Assembly (NCBI GenBank): GCA_937863565.1
Contig: CALMGJ010000020.1
Coordinates: forward strand, 838-64,837
Origin: an uncultured bacterium
Lineage (GTDB): Bacteria > AUK180
Direction of reading: 5' to 3'
DNA length: 64,000 nucleotides
Positions 8,290 to 19,521 of this stretch are shown in pieces. A model generated the notes under the pieces. That model was not told where the DNA came from and made no database searches. It saw only the letters and a program-made list of their open reading frames with translations. The stretch's first letter is position 1, and each line of letters starts with the position of its first letter. The position numbers and the translations under genes were made by a program.

Positions 8290-11200
8290 ATGGGAAGAAT
8301 CGACGAACTTCAGGTCTTTTTAAATCGTATTCAAAGCAACATTGCCAAAGATTCGGATTATCTTTCGGCCATGGCCATTCTTGCCAAGGAGGACAATTAC
8401 CCCAAGATACTTTCCCTCGCTCAGAATGGAAGAGCCCTCTTTCCGAATAACGGCATTTTTGATTACTGGTTCTCCCTCTCCAACTACAAAACCGGTAATA
8501 TCGAGATGGCCTTCGATACGATCGTCATCGCGATCGGAAAAACCCCCGAACACAAGGACAGCATTCTGCTGGCGCTTGATCTGGCAAGGATCACTAATGA
8601 AACAGGCAGTCTGATATCTTTCTTTAAGCTTGCCTTGGAACAATTGCCGAATAACCCCGATGTCCTCGAGAAGATAAGGGATTTCTTTGCCAATAATCCG
8701 GAATTGGTGAACGAGAACACCGATCTTCTGATGAAGACATATCTGAACGGCAAAAAAGAGGCCGGCGAGCTTTTATTCGACAAACTGTACTTTGAGAAAG
8801 CGGATGCCCCGGAAGCCCTTGATATATTCATCGAGAATTACGAGAAGAAGAAAAGCGATGAGGATTTCCTGAAATTCCTCGTTCTGGGCATCATTAAGAG
8901 CAGCCGGAAGGACCCCAAGGCGATAAATGCTTTGCGTGAAATATACAAGGCCGGGTTCAAATACAAGGACGTTATAAGTTACCTCGCCGATTTCTTTGCG
9001 TCCAAGGGGGTTTGGGACGATGAATCCCAGATCATCTGTGAAAATGCCGTTGCGTTGAAGATAGCCTCCTTCAACGTGTACAAGTTCCTTGCGCAGAAAT
9101 ATATGATGCTCCAACTCAAGGATGAGGACTCCCTCGAGATCATCTTCGGGTTCTTTGTTCATGAATCTGACAATAAAGATACGATAGCCTATCTCATTCC
9201 GTATATTATTAAAAAGGATAAATTCACGGAAGAGGAACGCGCATTCCTCAAGATCGCGTTCAAACTTTATCCCGAAAATTTCGATATCTTCAAAAAACTC
9301 GTGGAAAACCTCCTTTTCACTCCGGAAGAGGTTATCGACAATCTTTCTCTTCTTCAAAAGTATCTTGAAGAGAACCCCAATTCCGAGAGCGCCATAAGGC
9401 TTCTCGGCAATTCATACCTCAAACTCGGAAGAAGGGATTCTGAAGCCCTTTTCATTTACGAGAACCTCGTCAGGTTTGAACCGGAGAACGAAGAGCTGAT
9501 CCGCATACTCACAGAGTATTATCTCAGCGAGAACAGGAAGAGCAGACTGGCCATCATCATTTATGAGAAAGCTTTCTCGATGGGCATCAAATCGGTCCCT
9601 CTTTACAAACTGCTTTCAGACTACTATATCGAGAAGAACCTCGTCAACAACGACAATATTTCCGTTTTCCAGTTCGTATACGAGGATATCAGACAGGTAA
9701 GGGAGCACTATAGCGAATTTCTCGGACTTTTGCTAGGTTCTATAAAGGAAGGCAAGGTCAAACTTGAAGCTAACGAGTTCTTCTTCGATGTGCTCCGCGA
9801 CATCATCGACATACTCGGCGACGAGAACTACCTGAATGAATTTCTGAAATACGCGGTTGAATTCAAACGGATAGATAACGATTCACTCGCTCTTTACAAG
9901 AAGCTGTACGATAAGAAAAAGGACGACAAGGATTTTATCACACTCCTTTCCGAATGTTATTTCTCACGCAATGTCCTCGATGATACGGGAAGAGAGGTTT
10001 TTGAAAAACTTTTCCCCTCCTTTGAGGGCGATAAGAAACAGAAGGCCATCCTCCTTCTTTCGCAGTTTTATGTGGACAATAAAGTTCGCAATGATTTTTC
10101 TTCGGAGATCATTTCCTGGTCAAATGAACTTGTTTCCAAGGGCATCAAGCACGAGGGTAACCTCGAAAGGATGGTGCAGTTCGCCGTCAAGCACGGGAAA
10201 CAGGACCTTGAAACGCTCGAGCTGCTCACGCATTACCTCGAGATCAATAAGAACAATGCCGCCGTTTACCAGGCCGCAATGAATATAACCATAGCGCAGA
10301 GGATATACGAGAAGAAATACATCGGCATTGCAAAAAGAGCGCTCTCTTTCTACCCTGAATGGCCGGACCTTTTTAATTACTATGCGGTACTTCTCGCAGA
10401 GAACAAAGTGCGCGATGACGATACGTACGCGATATGGGAGAAATACCTGTTGCGGGGAGGAGAGGCGGATGTTATCATCTTCGAACTTCTTTCCTATTAT
10501 ATAAACAACAGAACGATCGACTCGAAAGCCGAGAAGGTCATTAAGATAGCGATATCAAAAGAATACAAGAACGCCCAGATACTGCTTCAGTATGCAAGAT
10601 GCCTTGCCAAAAGCGGGAACTTCACCGAACTTATTAAGGTGCTGGTCGAAGTGATCAATTATGAGATCACCGCAGCGCCTGACGTGAAGTTCATAGCCGA
10701 CAATCTGATGCTTTTTGCCAAATTCGATATTTTGAACAAATTTCTGGACAAATATTCGGAAAAGTCACGCACGATAATGGGTTACAGGATCAGGAATCTT
10801 TTCTATTCTGATCAGCTGGATAAATACGAGAATTATCTCGTGGCCTATGTAAAGAATGCAGAAATGATACCGGAGAACGCCGATGTGTTCGAGATATTCG
10901 GAGATCATTTCTTCTATATTAAAAACGACCCCAGAAAGGCCATGCTGGGTTATGAATATTACCTTAACGTTTACGCCAATGACCCGCTCGTTCTTTATAA
11001 AGCCTCTTTGTGCTCAATAGCCAACGGGGACCTCTACAGCGCGTTAAAATATATAAAAAAACTTCTGCTTTTCAGAGAGAGCGATATCGAAGCGCTTAAG
11101 ATCGCAGCGAACATCCACCTCGAGCTCGGCCAGTATGACGAAGCCGCCCAGCTCTACAAGAAGATCCAAAGCGGCGGATACAATGATTTCCAGATCCTGA

Positions 11201-14200
11201 AGAATTATGCGGAAGCGCTGTTCAAATCCGGCCAGTATTTCTCCGCGGTCGATATTCTGCGTGAAATACTGACGGAGAATCCCGACGATACGGAGATCAT
11301 GCTGAAACTGGCCTATGCATATACGTATATCGATTTCAAGGAGGACGCAATACATACTCTCGAAAGGACGATCGAGCTCGATCCCTTGAACAGGGAGGCT
11401 ATTTTTTCGCTTTTCTCGATCTGCCTTGAAGACCAGCGGTGCGACGCCAAGGCTCAGAGGATCTACGAGATGGTGCTCACACTGGATCCTAAGAACATGG
11501 ACTCGGGTAAGATGCTCTCGCGCATTTATGCCATCAACGGGCGCAATGACGAACGCGCTTTCGCCGTTTATAAATTCTCCTTCTCGTACGGAGAACCACT
11601 TCCCGAGGTCGTGAAGATACTTGCCAACAGGGCTATCGAGAAGAACGCCGACCTCGAAAAGGATTTTGCCATAGAAGTCCTGAAGAACGCGGTGGATTTC
11701 TTCCCGTCGAACACGAAATACTGGTCCACACTAATAGACCTCCTTGTGGGCGAATTCGAACTCGAACAGTATGCCGATTTCTTCGAACGTTCCTTTAAGA
11801 AGGAAATAAGAGTGGCGGACTGCGCAGAAAAGCTTGCCGAGATATTCTTCGAAAGGAAGGATCTGGATAAGGCCCTGTTCTATTCGGTGGCCGCTTTGAA
11901 CCAGAATCCTTACAAGAGCAATATTTACAACCTCATGGGCGAAATATACATCATCAGAGGCGATATGGAAAAGGCGCGTGAAGTGCTGGAAAAGGCCATC
12001 AATTACGAACAGAACGGATTTGCGGCCTATGTGAACTACGCCAATGTGATGTATGAGCTGAAGAACGCTCCCCTTGCGCTCGCCAATCTCGAGAAGGCCC
12101 TGAAAATAAATTCATACTATCTGCCTGCCGTATTGAAATACGCAAGCATCGCAGCGGAGAAGAACGCCGAACTCGAAAAAGCGAAGGAATACCTGCGCTT
12201 CATCAAAGAGATCTATCAGAAGAACTGGAGCATCCCGTACTGGCTTTCCGTGCTCAATAAAAAGCTTGGGGATTATGATATCGCCGTTGCCAATGCCAAA
12301 GAGGCCCTCGAGATAGAGAAGAACGAGGAGATCGTTCTTCTGTACAGCGAGCTTCTATGGGAGAGCGGCAACAGAGAAGATGCGATCAACTTCCTCATGC
12401 CTTACAGGGAGATGAACTCCCCGCGGATATTCACCGCTTTGGGTAAATATTATTTCCAGAAGCAGGATTTCGACAATGCGAAACTCAATTTCGGACAGTC
12501 GATGAGCATCGATCAGAAGGATGTCGATACGCAGATCGAGATGGGCAAGCTGCAGTATTACGTGGACAAGGACATGGAAGCGGCGCAGGTGGCTTTCCAG
12601 AATATCTTCGATTTCGATCCCGAGAACGCCGAAGCGAAAAGATTCCTCGGCAAGATCCATTTTGCACGCAAGCAACTTGACAAATCGTACGAATATTATA
12701 ATCAGGTTCTGGAATTCCTCGATGAAGAGGATCAGAACTACCTCACGATGATCAATTTCCAGAATGAGCGATATGAAGATGTGCTCCAGATCGGGCCTCA
12801 GCTTCTCCGCAAGAATCCGGATAATATCAAGATCCTCTACATTCTTTTCAGAACCTATAAAAAGCTCAACCTTTACGAGCAGGCCATCGCGACCTTCAAT
12901 AAACTTCGCTTAAAATCCTCCGAAGCGGCCCAGGAACTTTTCGGAGAGTTCTTCGCCATACTGCTCGAAACGGGAGATGTGACCGGACTCAGGAAGGAGC
13001 TCATCACTCTCACAAAGGACCCGAAGGTCAAGGGCAACTATTCTGAATATTTCTTCTTTATCGAATACCTGCTCTATCAAACGGATTATAACGAGATCAA
13101 ATATGTGCTGCCGGACGTTCTGAAAGCAAAAGAGGAAACAGCGGATTTCAAAAAGAACAAATCGCTCATGCTCCTCCACATCCTTCTTTTCGAAAATGAC
13201 CTGGCCGCGATCGACAAGTTCATACATTTTTTCAACCGCGCAGACGAAACGATAAAATTCCTGACGGCCATTTTCCAGCATAAAAGCGGCAGACAGGAAA
13301 GTGCGATCATGAATTTCAAGGACACGCATATCTTCTGGGATAAACCTTTCTTTTACAGGTTCCTGAAGCTCTTCAAGGACAGCGGGGCCCTCAAGCATCT
13401 CAAAGAATCTTACAGATTCTCCCTCATCCTCGATATCTTGAGGATCGACGAGGCTTACAGCGACCTCGAAGGATGGATCGAACTTTTCATTTCTTTCGCC
13501 GAGGACCGCCTGGGAGAGAAATTCGCCGATAAGAACATCGACAAGGCGCTGAAGAACCTGCTCGCTCGAATGGAGCGTTACGAGCATATAGAAGGGAAAC
13601 AGCAGGACATCAACACGGACCTCGTACTTCATGTAACGCAGATCTTCAATTTCACCAAGAAGAATTACAAGGAAGCCAAGAAGATATCCCAGAAATACAC
13701 GAAAGACGGTTTGCTCTTCTGCAAAGCATTCTACGAAGAAGCCATGAAAAAGAAGATCGATACGAAGAAACTCCTGCGGGTGATCTCGGAGAACCTGCTC
13801 AAGGAAGAGATCCCGTTCTTCGTTTCCTTCCTTATTCAGCACAATATACCGGAGCTCATCAAGATCAAGATGCTTGACGAGGCGAAAGAACCCCTCGGGG
13901 AAGCTGAGATCGCCATTCTCTTCGATCTGTACAAGACCGGTCTGTTCGAGGATTCCGAATCTCTACGCGAGAAGCTCAAGACTTCGAATTCGTACTATAT
14001 GCGTTATCTCGTGTACAATTCACGCTTCGAAGAGGCTTACGAACTTGTTAAGAAGATGCATTATTTCGAATTCATCTCGCTCGAGAACAGCAAATATATA
14101 ATGGAGGTCCTCCGAATCAACGAGGACTACGATCAGCTCCTCTCCTACAAATTCAGGTTCTTCGAGAAGACCTTCATCGACGATGATTTCCAGCTCTATT

Positions 14201-17200
14201 ATGCGGTTTCTCTTTCAAAGTTCACGCTCGTGGATAATGCTCTCAAGATCTTGAGCTCCGTTAATTACTCCGAAGTGAGCTTTCTAAGCGCCATTGCGTC
14301 CGTCACGGACAATGATCAGGTCCCCGGAGATGCTGTTATAGATTCTTATATAGCATCCTCTCCAAGGCCGGAAGCCGTCTTTGAGCTTGTGAACTTCGCC
14401 AAAGATTACCGGAAAGACGTATTCTTGAAGCACGAGGAGCACCTGCGGGAGATCCTTTCACCGGAGGATTTTGAACTTCTTAAAGGCCGCACGCTGTTCA
14501 TGGAAGGAAAGTACTCTGAAGCAGCAGTATTCCTGAAGAAAAGCGACAGGCCGCAGGATTTCATGTGCGTGAGCTCGTTCCTTACCCCTGAAGAGAATAA
14601 GGCCATCCTGAAGCGTACTCTGTCTTATGTGGAATCAAGGATCGGTTATTTTTCGAAATACGAATCATTCCTCCCCTTCTCCTATAAAGGCATTTTCCTT
14701 CATAAATCCGCAGAGGATCTGCACAGGCTCCGTTATACTCTTTACGGCATCTATTCAGACGGGAGCGAACTCGATCAGCAGCTTCTCGTGGGAGAAGAGA
14801 TCGTCTCTGCCACTCCTGACCAGATGGAGATCTACAGCGGCATCTATTTCATCTATAAGGATTTTAAAAAGGATTACGGAAAAGCCCTGCATATTCTTAA
14901 TAAACTTCTCACCGCGAATCCCGAGGATTCGAAGCTTATCATCGAGAAAGCTAAACTGCTTAATGAGGAAGGCCGCGTCGATTATGCTCTCAATTTCCTC
15001 CTCGCCCAAGAAAAGAAAACGCGCGACATCCTTGCATTCACCGCAGAACTTTATGAGAGCAAGAAGATGTTCATAGATGCTATCGGCATCTATTCCCAGC
15101 TTTATGATATCTACAAGGAGCGCGAGATCTTCGAGAAGATCATTTCTCTTAAATATGATCTGAACCTGTACGCAGACCTGATAGATTCCGTGGGAAAAAG
15201 CGGGTTGAACTCGGATATGCTGTTTTACTATACAGGCATGTCCTTTCATAAGACCGGCGAATACAGAAGATCTAATGAGATGCTCACCAGGGTGAACCCC
15301 GACTTCCAGTTCAAGGATACCGTCAGCATAACGCTCGGGTTGAACAGCTTCAATCTCAAGGAATTCGAGAAGTCAAAGGGCGCTTTCAGCAAGGCCATCC
15401 AAAAGAAGATGAACGAGGATATCGCCTGGGCTAAACTGGCCGAAATACTTTATGCGAACGGTGAAAATGCCAATGCCGCGAAAGCTCTTGAAAAGGCGTT
15501 CAAGGTAGGTATAAATGATCCTACCGTGCATCTTCTCGCCGCGGAACTGTATTTCACGATGAACAAGAAGAGCGAACTCGTTAAAGAACTCCGTTTCCTT
15601 ACAAAGAATCCTCTGCCGGACGAGGCGCAATACCATCTGAGATACGGCAGCGTGCTATACAAGACGGGGAAGAACGACAAAGCTGAAACAGAGTTCCTCA
15701 GGGTACTTGACCTCGAGAATGACAATAGTGAAGCCCTGAAATACTTGACCGAGATATACCTTAAGGAGGAGGCATACCTGAAGTGTCTTCCCATCGTTCA
15801 AAGAGCCTATGAAGAAGACCCCGTCAAGAACGCGCTGTCATATTCGATCGCTCTTTATTCTACGGGCGAATACGCAAAGGCGAAAGAGATCGTTAAGAAC
15901 ATTTCTTCCGACGACGAAACGGTTTATTTGCTCAAAGGGAAACTCTACTATGAACTTAAGTCTTACGAGGAAGCCCAGGCCAGGTTCCAGATCATCCTTT
16001 CCAAGAATCCCAAGAATTTCGAAGCCCAGTTGTATATGGGGAAAGTGTACTCTGCCCAGTTCAAGATTCAGCAGGCCCTTCAGCATCTGAAGATCGCGGA
16101 ATCCCTGAACGAGAACAATTTTGAAGTGCTCAAATTCCTCGGTCTTTGCTACAATAAGCTCAGCGACACCATCAATACGATCATTTTCCTCAGGAAAGCC
16201 CTTACGGTCAAGCCCAACGACCATGAGACCATCGTCGAACTGGCCCAGCTCTACTTCAACAAAAAAAGATATAGAGAGGCTATCAAGGAGTTCAATAAAG
16301 CGATCAATATCAAGTTCAATATCCCGCAGTCCCATTTCCAGCTTGCAAAAGCATACCGAAATGTGGGAGATCTCTCCAATGCGGAAACGGCGATCAAGAA
16401 TGCGCTCGATCTTGACCCGAAGGAAGAGGTTTTTCTCGAGGAGAAGATCAATATCCTCAAGCTCAAGAGCAATTTCTCCGAAATATGCAAAACCCTTGAA
16501 CAATTCGAACAGGGCGGCGGGCCGCTTTCCCCGAAGTTCATGATGCACAAGGTCGAGGGGCTGAGGATGACCAACCGTTTCGATAATGCCCTGACCGAGA
16601 TCGGAAAATACGAGTTCCCCGCACCACTGAAGCGCGATGTAGAGAAGGAAAAAGCCCTGACGCTTTACCAGTTGCAGCGCTATGATGAAGCGCTCGTCAT
16701 CCTTGAAAAGCTCTACAAGGAGATCCCGGAGGATAAGCTGTTCATACCGCTCTGCCTTTCTCATCTCGAGAAGGACAATATCACAAGAGTGAAGCAGATC
16801 CTGAAGGGTTACAAGGGCGAACTGTTCAAGAGCGAGATCATCCCGTACATTCTCGGCTATATCGAGAAAAAAGAGGGCAATAAGGAGATCGCTCTCAATT
16901 ATTTCTATCAGGCGATCACCGTCAATAAAGGATTCGTCCGGGCATACCGGGAACTTTCTGAGATCTACTTCAAGAACCGCAACTATATAATGGCTGCGGA
17001 CATCATACACAATGCGCTGAAGTACGAAAAAGTGAAAAAGATGGATTTCTTCTACTACCTGGGCATCTGCTATATGAACCTGAACGAATACCCGAAGGCA
17101 TTGAAATACATGAAAGAGGCGCTGGCCTGGGATTATCAGGATTCCGGCCACTACATCTCCCAGATATACAAGAAGCTCGGATTGTGGGGATTCGCCCTTA

Positions 17201-17691
17201 TAACGATAAAAAGACTTCTTTTAGAGAACAGGATGAAAAGCGAGATCGCATGGCCGGACATCATTTATTACCTTTTCAGGATGGGAAGAAGGACCGATGC
17301 CGTTATCGAATCGTTCTTCCATCTGTCAGAGATAAAAGACGAGGAGATCATGAAGGAATTCTTAATGACGCTTCTCGAAGATTATGAAAAACCGTTCAGC
17401 GTGTACCTTATCGTAAGCCCGGGGCTGGATATATCACTGAAGAACGAGACGATGCTGGCCATCTATCTTGAAGCCGTATCCGGGATCGATAATCTTCCGG
17501 AGATAAAGGATACCGTGAAGAAAATAGAAGCGACCTTCGCCAATGCAGAGGCTCCCAGGCTTTTCGAAGCCCTTGGCGTTTACCATTACAAGAAGAACGA
17601 TCCTTCAAAGGCCTCCACATATCTGAAAAAAGCGATCGATCTCAATCCCGATCTGGAAAAGGCGATATATTTCCTTTCATTGATGAAATGA
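8290..17691 (+). CDS. giant tetratricopeptide-repeat protein (3133 aa)
   Basis: Uninterrupted 9.4-kb ORF; many 34-aa TPRs (e.g. LAYAY...A...LERTIELDPLN); no signal peptide or catalytic motif seen. Confidence 0.9.
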   Translation: MGRIDELQVFLNRIQSNIAKDSDYLSAMAILAKEDNYPKILSLAQNGRALFPNNGIFDYWFSLSNYKTGNIEMAFDTIVIAIGKTPEHKDSILLALDLARITNETGSLISFFKLALEQLPNNPDVLEKIRDFFANNPELVNENTDLLMKTYLNGKKEAGELLFDKLYFEKADAPEALDIFIENYEKKKSDEDFLKFLVLGIIKSSRKDPKAINALREIYKAGFKYKDVISYLADFFASKGVWDDESQIICENAVALKIASFNVYKFLAQKYMMLQLKDEDSLEIIFGFFVHESDNKDTIAYLIPYIIKKDKFTEEERAFLKIAFKLYPENFDIFKKLVENLLFTPEEVIDNLSLLQKYLEENPNSESAIRLLGNSYLKLGRRDSEALFIYENLVRFEPENEELIRILTEYYLSENRKSRLAIIIYEKAFSMGIKSVPLYKLLSDYYIEKNLVNNDNISVFQFVYEDIRQVREHYSEFLGLLLGSIKEGKVKLEANEFFFDVLRDIIDILGDENYLNEFLKYAVEFKRIDNDSLALYKKLYDKKKDDKDFITLLSECYFSRNVLDDTGREVFEKLFPSFEGDKKQKAILLLSQFYVDNKVRNDFSSEIISWSNELVSKGIKHEGNLERMVQFAVKHGKQDLETLELLTHYLEINKNNAAVYQAAMNITIAQRIYEKKYIGIAKRALSFYPEWPDLFNYYAVLLAENKVRDDDTYAIWEKYLLRGGEADVIIFELLSYYINNRTIDSKAEKVIKIAISKEYKNAQILLQYARCLAKSGNFTELIKVLVEVINYEITAAPDVKFIADNLMLFAKFDILNKFLDKYSEKSRTIMGYRIRNLFYSDQLDKYENYLVAYVKNAEMIPENADVFEIFGDHFFYIKNDPRKAMLGYEYYLNVYANDPLVLYKASLCSIANGDLYSALKYIKKLLLFRESDIEALKIAANIHLELGQYDEAAQLYKKIQSGGYNDFQILKNYAEALFKSGQYFSAVDILREILTENPDDTEIMLKLAYAYTYIDFKEDAIHTLERTIELDPLNREAIFSLFSICLEDQRCDAKAQRIYEMVLTLDPKNMDSGKMLSRIYAINGRNDERAFAVYKFSFSYGEPLPEVVKILANRAIEKNADLEKDFAIEVLKNAVDFFPSNTKYWSTLIDLLVGEFELEQYADFFERSFKKEIRVADCAEKLAEIFFERKDLDKALFYSVAALNQNPYKSNIYNLMGEIYIIRGDMEKAREVLEKAINYEQNGFAAYVNYANVMYELKNAPLALANLEKALKINSYYLPAVLKYASIAAEKNAELEKAKEYLRFIKEIYQKNWSIPYWLSVLNKKLGDYDIAVANAKEALEIEKNEEIVLLYSELLWESGNREDAINFLMPYREMNSPRIFTALGKYYFQKQDFDNAKLNFGQSMSIDQKDVDTQIEMGKLQYYVDKDMEAAQVAFQNIFDFDPENAEAKRFLGKIHFARKQLDKSYEYYNQVLEFLDEEDQNYLTMINFQNERYEDVLQIGPQLLRKNPDNIKILYILFRTYKKLNLYEQAIATFNKLRLKSSEAAQELFGEFFAILLETGDVTGLRKELITLTKDPKVKGNYSEYFFFIEYLLYQTDYNEIKYVLPDVLKAKEETADFKKNKSLMLLHILLFENDLAAIDKFIHFFNRADETIKFLTAIFQHKSGRQESAIMNFKDTHIFWDKPFFYRFLKLFKDSGALKHLKESYRFSLILDILRIDEAYSDLEGWIELFISFAEDRLGEKFADKNIDKALKNLLARMERYEHIEGKQQDINTDLVLHVTQIFNFTKKNYKEAKKISQKYTKDGLLFCKAFYEEAMKKKIDTKKLLRVISENLLKEEIPFFVSFLIQHNIPELIKIKMLDEAKEPLGEAEIAILFDLYKTGLFEDSESLREKLKTSNSYYMRYLVYNSRFEEAYELVKKMHYFEFISLENSKYIMEVLRINEDYDQLLSYKFRFFEKTFIDDDFQLYYAVSLSKFTLVDNALKILSSVNYSEVSFLSAIASVTDNDQVPGDAVIDSYIASSPRPEAVFELVNFAKDYRKDVFLKHEEHLREILSPEDFELLKGRTLFMEGKYSEAAVFLKKSDRPQDFMCVSSFLTPEENKAILKRTLSYVESRIGYFSKYESFLPFSYKGIFLHKSAEDLHRLRYTLYGIYSDGSELDQQLLVGEEIVSATPDQMEIYSGIYFIYKDFKKDYGKALHILNKLLTANPEDSKLIIEKAKLLNEEGRVDYALNFLLAQEKKTRDILAFTAELYESKKMFIDAIGIYSQLYDIYKEREIFEKIISLKYDLNLYADLIDSVGKSGLNSDMLFYYTGMSFHKTGEYRRSNEMLTRVNPDFQFKDTVSITLGLNSFNLKEFEKSKGAFSKAIQKKMNEDIAWAKLAEILYANGENANAAKALEKAFKVGINDPTVHLLAAELYFTMNKKSELVKELRFLTKNPLPDEAQYHLRYGSVLYKTGKNDKAETEFLRVLDLENDNSEALKYLTEIYLKEEAYLKCLPIVQRAYEEDPVKNALSYSIALYSTGEYAKAKEIVKNISSDDETVYLLKGKLYYELKSYEEAQARFQIILSKNPKNFEAQLYMGKVYSAQFKIQQALQHLKIAESLNENNFEVLKFLGLCYNKLSDTINTIIFLRKALTVKPNDHETIVELAQLYFNKKRYREAIKEFNKAINIKFNIPQSHFQLAKAYRNVGDLSNAETAIKNALDLDPKEEVFLEEKINILKLKSNFSEICKTLEQFEQGGGPLSPKFMMHKVEGLRMTNRFDNALTEIGKYEFPAPLKRDVEKEKALTLYQLQRYDEALVILEKLYKEIPEDKLFIPLCLSHLEKDNITRVKQILKGYKGELFKSEIIPYILGYIEKKEGNKEIALNYFYQAITVNKGFVRAYRELSEIYFKNRNYIMAADIIHNALKYEKVKKMDFFYYLGICYMNLNEYPKALKYMKEALAWDYQDSGHYISQIYKKLGLWGFALITIKRLLLENRMKSEIAWPDIIYYLFRMGRRTDAVIESFFHLSEIKDEEIMKEFLMTLLEDYEKPFSVYLIVSPGLDISLKNETMLAIYLEAVSGIDNLPEIKDTVKKIEATFANAEAPRLFEALGVYHYKKNDPSKASTYLKKAIDLNPDLEKAIYFLSLMK

Positions 17692-18116
17692 GATTCAAGA
17701 GGATAATCGCTTTTGTTCTTCTGCTCTTCATCCTCGCGGTGAACGCATTGCCGGGTTCATCCGTACAGAGCACGAAGGTCCTTGCCTTTTACCGGACTTC
17801 GGCTAACATTCTTTCCGTTTTCTCTTCAGGCGCTATTCTTCTTGGGACGGCCAATCTCTTCATCAGGGGCGATCCTGTCACTGAAGATCTCGATAAACTC
17901 CTGCATTTCACTTTCTATTTTATCCTTTCCTGCGCCTTTTTCGGGTCGGTGACGGGGCATACCGTCAGTCTCGGTTTTCTTTCATATTTTTCACTCGTGG
18001 ACGAACTTCACCAGATCCCCGTTTCCGGAAGAAGTTTTTCCCCCGGAGATATTTTTTTCGATCTGCTGGGTATTGCCCTGGTCTTCACGATGGCGGGTTC
18101 AGATGAAAAGCATTAA
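17688..18116 (+). CDS. VanZ family membrane protein
   Basis: DKLLHF..YF.L and DELHQ..V.GR.FS..D...D..G. Confidence 0.88.
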   Translation: MRFKRIIAFVLLLFILAVNALPGSSVQSTKVLAFYRTSANILSVFSSGAILLGTANLFIRGDPVTEDLDKLLHFTFYFILSCAFFGSVTGHTVSLGFLSYFSLVDELHQIPVSGRSFSPGDIFFDLLGIALVFTMAGSDEKH

Positions 18117-19521
18117 GTTCAAAACCCTGTTTTTTGTCCTGTGTCTTCTCGCTTTCCTTTTCATATTTCAATGGTATTTTATAAATTACTTCCTGAAGGG
18201 AGCTCTGGAAAAGCAGCTCATTAATTTCATGGCTAATATCGGCCAATCGGTCACGGGAGAGATCGATACGCGCCACCTCCAGGTTTTTGAGGGTTTTGAT
18301 ACAACCGTAACATATTCCAGACTGAAAGAGCGGCTTGAACATTATCTTGAAGATTTCAATATCGACAATATCAGTATCATCGATACGAACAAAAAGGTCG
18401 TAATAGACCTGAAATCAGGGCTTAAAAACGGCGACGACTTCGGGTATCTGGACCTCAACGAGATCCAGTTCAATGCCTTGAAGAGCGGAGTGATCAAACG
18501 TTCATCCCTTTACAAGAACGTTTACGGGAAATACACCGAGAACGTTTATATTCCGGTTTTCACCCCGAAGAGGGAATGCGCAGGCATTCTCATACTCAGC
18601 GCGTCTGCAAGGTTCTTGAACAGCATCGAAGATTTCCGCAAGAACATCCTGTGGCTGTACATTTCGCTCATTGTTCTTTCCTTAGGCCTGGGATTCCTGC
18701 TTTCCTCTTCTTTCGCACAGCCCGTTATCAACCTTTCAAAGATAGTTGACAGGATAGGCGGAGGCGACTACAGATCGCCGATACCGTACAGGAAGCGCAA
18801 TGACGAACTCGGGCATCTCGCAAGGAAGATCACAGAGATGATGCGCAAGATCGAACTTCGCGACCTTTTCATGAGGAAGATATCCGCGGGCATCGCGCAT
18901 GAGATAAGAAATCCCCTGACCGCGATCAAAGGCAATCTGATGCTGATCAAACGCAAATCGAACGGGAAGGAGATCGGTGAAATGATCGATGATAATCTGA
19001 AACAGGTGGACGCGCTTGAGGAGCTCGTTGCCGATTTCATGAATTTCGCCAAACCCGTAACGCTCGATATGAAACACATCCGTATCGGTGAAGTGTTGGG
19101 CTACGCATTGAAAGAGACCGAAATACTCCGCGGACAGAAGGAAGTAGAGCTCTTCTACGAATGCCCCGACGACGCTCTTATAGAAGGCGATATGAACTAT
19201 CTGAAAAGAGCTCTCGTAAATCTCATACGGAATGCGGCGGAGGCCGTGCCGGTAGGCGGGATGATCGAGATCACATGCCGCAGCGCCGACGGTAAATTAA
19301 CGCTGTACATAAAGGATTACGGGGCCGGTATAGACCCGGAGGACGCCGACAGGATCTTCGAACCGTTCTTTACGACAAAAACTACCGGCACCGGGCTGGG
19401 ACTTTCAATTGTTAAGGAAATCATGGAAAAACACGGCGGAAGCATAGATTTCGAATCCGTCAAAGGCGAGTATACGCGGTTCCGGATAGAGATGCCGCTT
19501 GCCAGGAGAGATTATGCATAG
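18103..19521 (+). CDS. HAMP-domain sensor histidine kinase
   Basis: 2 TM, HAMP (RNDELG.L), H-box AHEIRNPL, NLIRNA, D.G.GI, FEPFFTTK, GTGLGL; start at MKSIK. Confidence 0.95.
   Translation: MKSIKFKTLFFVLCLLAFLFIFQWYFINYFLKGALEKQLINFMANIGQSVTGEIDTRHLQVFEGFDTTVTYSRLKERLEHYLEDFNIDNISIIDTNKKVVIDLKSGLKNGDDFGYLDLNEIQFNALKSGVIKRSSLYKNVYGKYTENVYIPVFTPKRECAGILILSASARFLNSIEDFRKNILWLYISLIVLSLGLGFLLSSSFAQPVINLSKIVDRIGGGDYRSPIPYRKRNDELGHLARKITEMMRKIELRDLFMRKISAGIAHEIRNPLTAIKGNLMLIKRKSNGKEIGEMIDDNLKQVDALEELVADFMNFAKPVTLDMKHIRIGEVLGYALKETEILRGQKEVELFYECPDDALIEGDMNYLKRALVNLIRNAAEAVPVGGMIEITCRSADGKLTLYIKDYGAGIDPEDADRIFEPFFTTKTTGTGLGLSIVKEIMEKHGGSIDFESVKGEYTRFRIEMPLARRDYA

Noticed and set aside
8320..17620. 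Long antisense ORFs inside the TPR gene (e.g. 12910-13842, 15838-17151)
   Set aside because: Shadow frames produced by codon bias of the sense gene; no motifs or SDs
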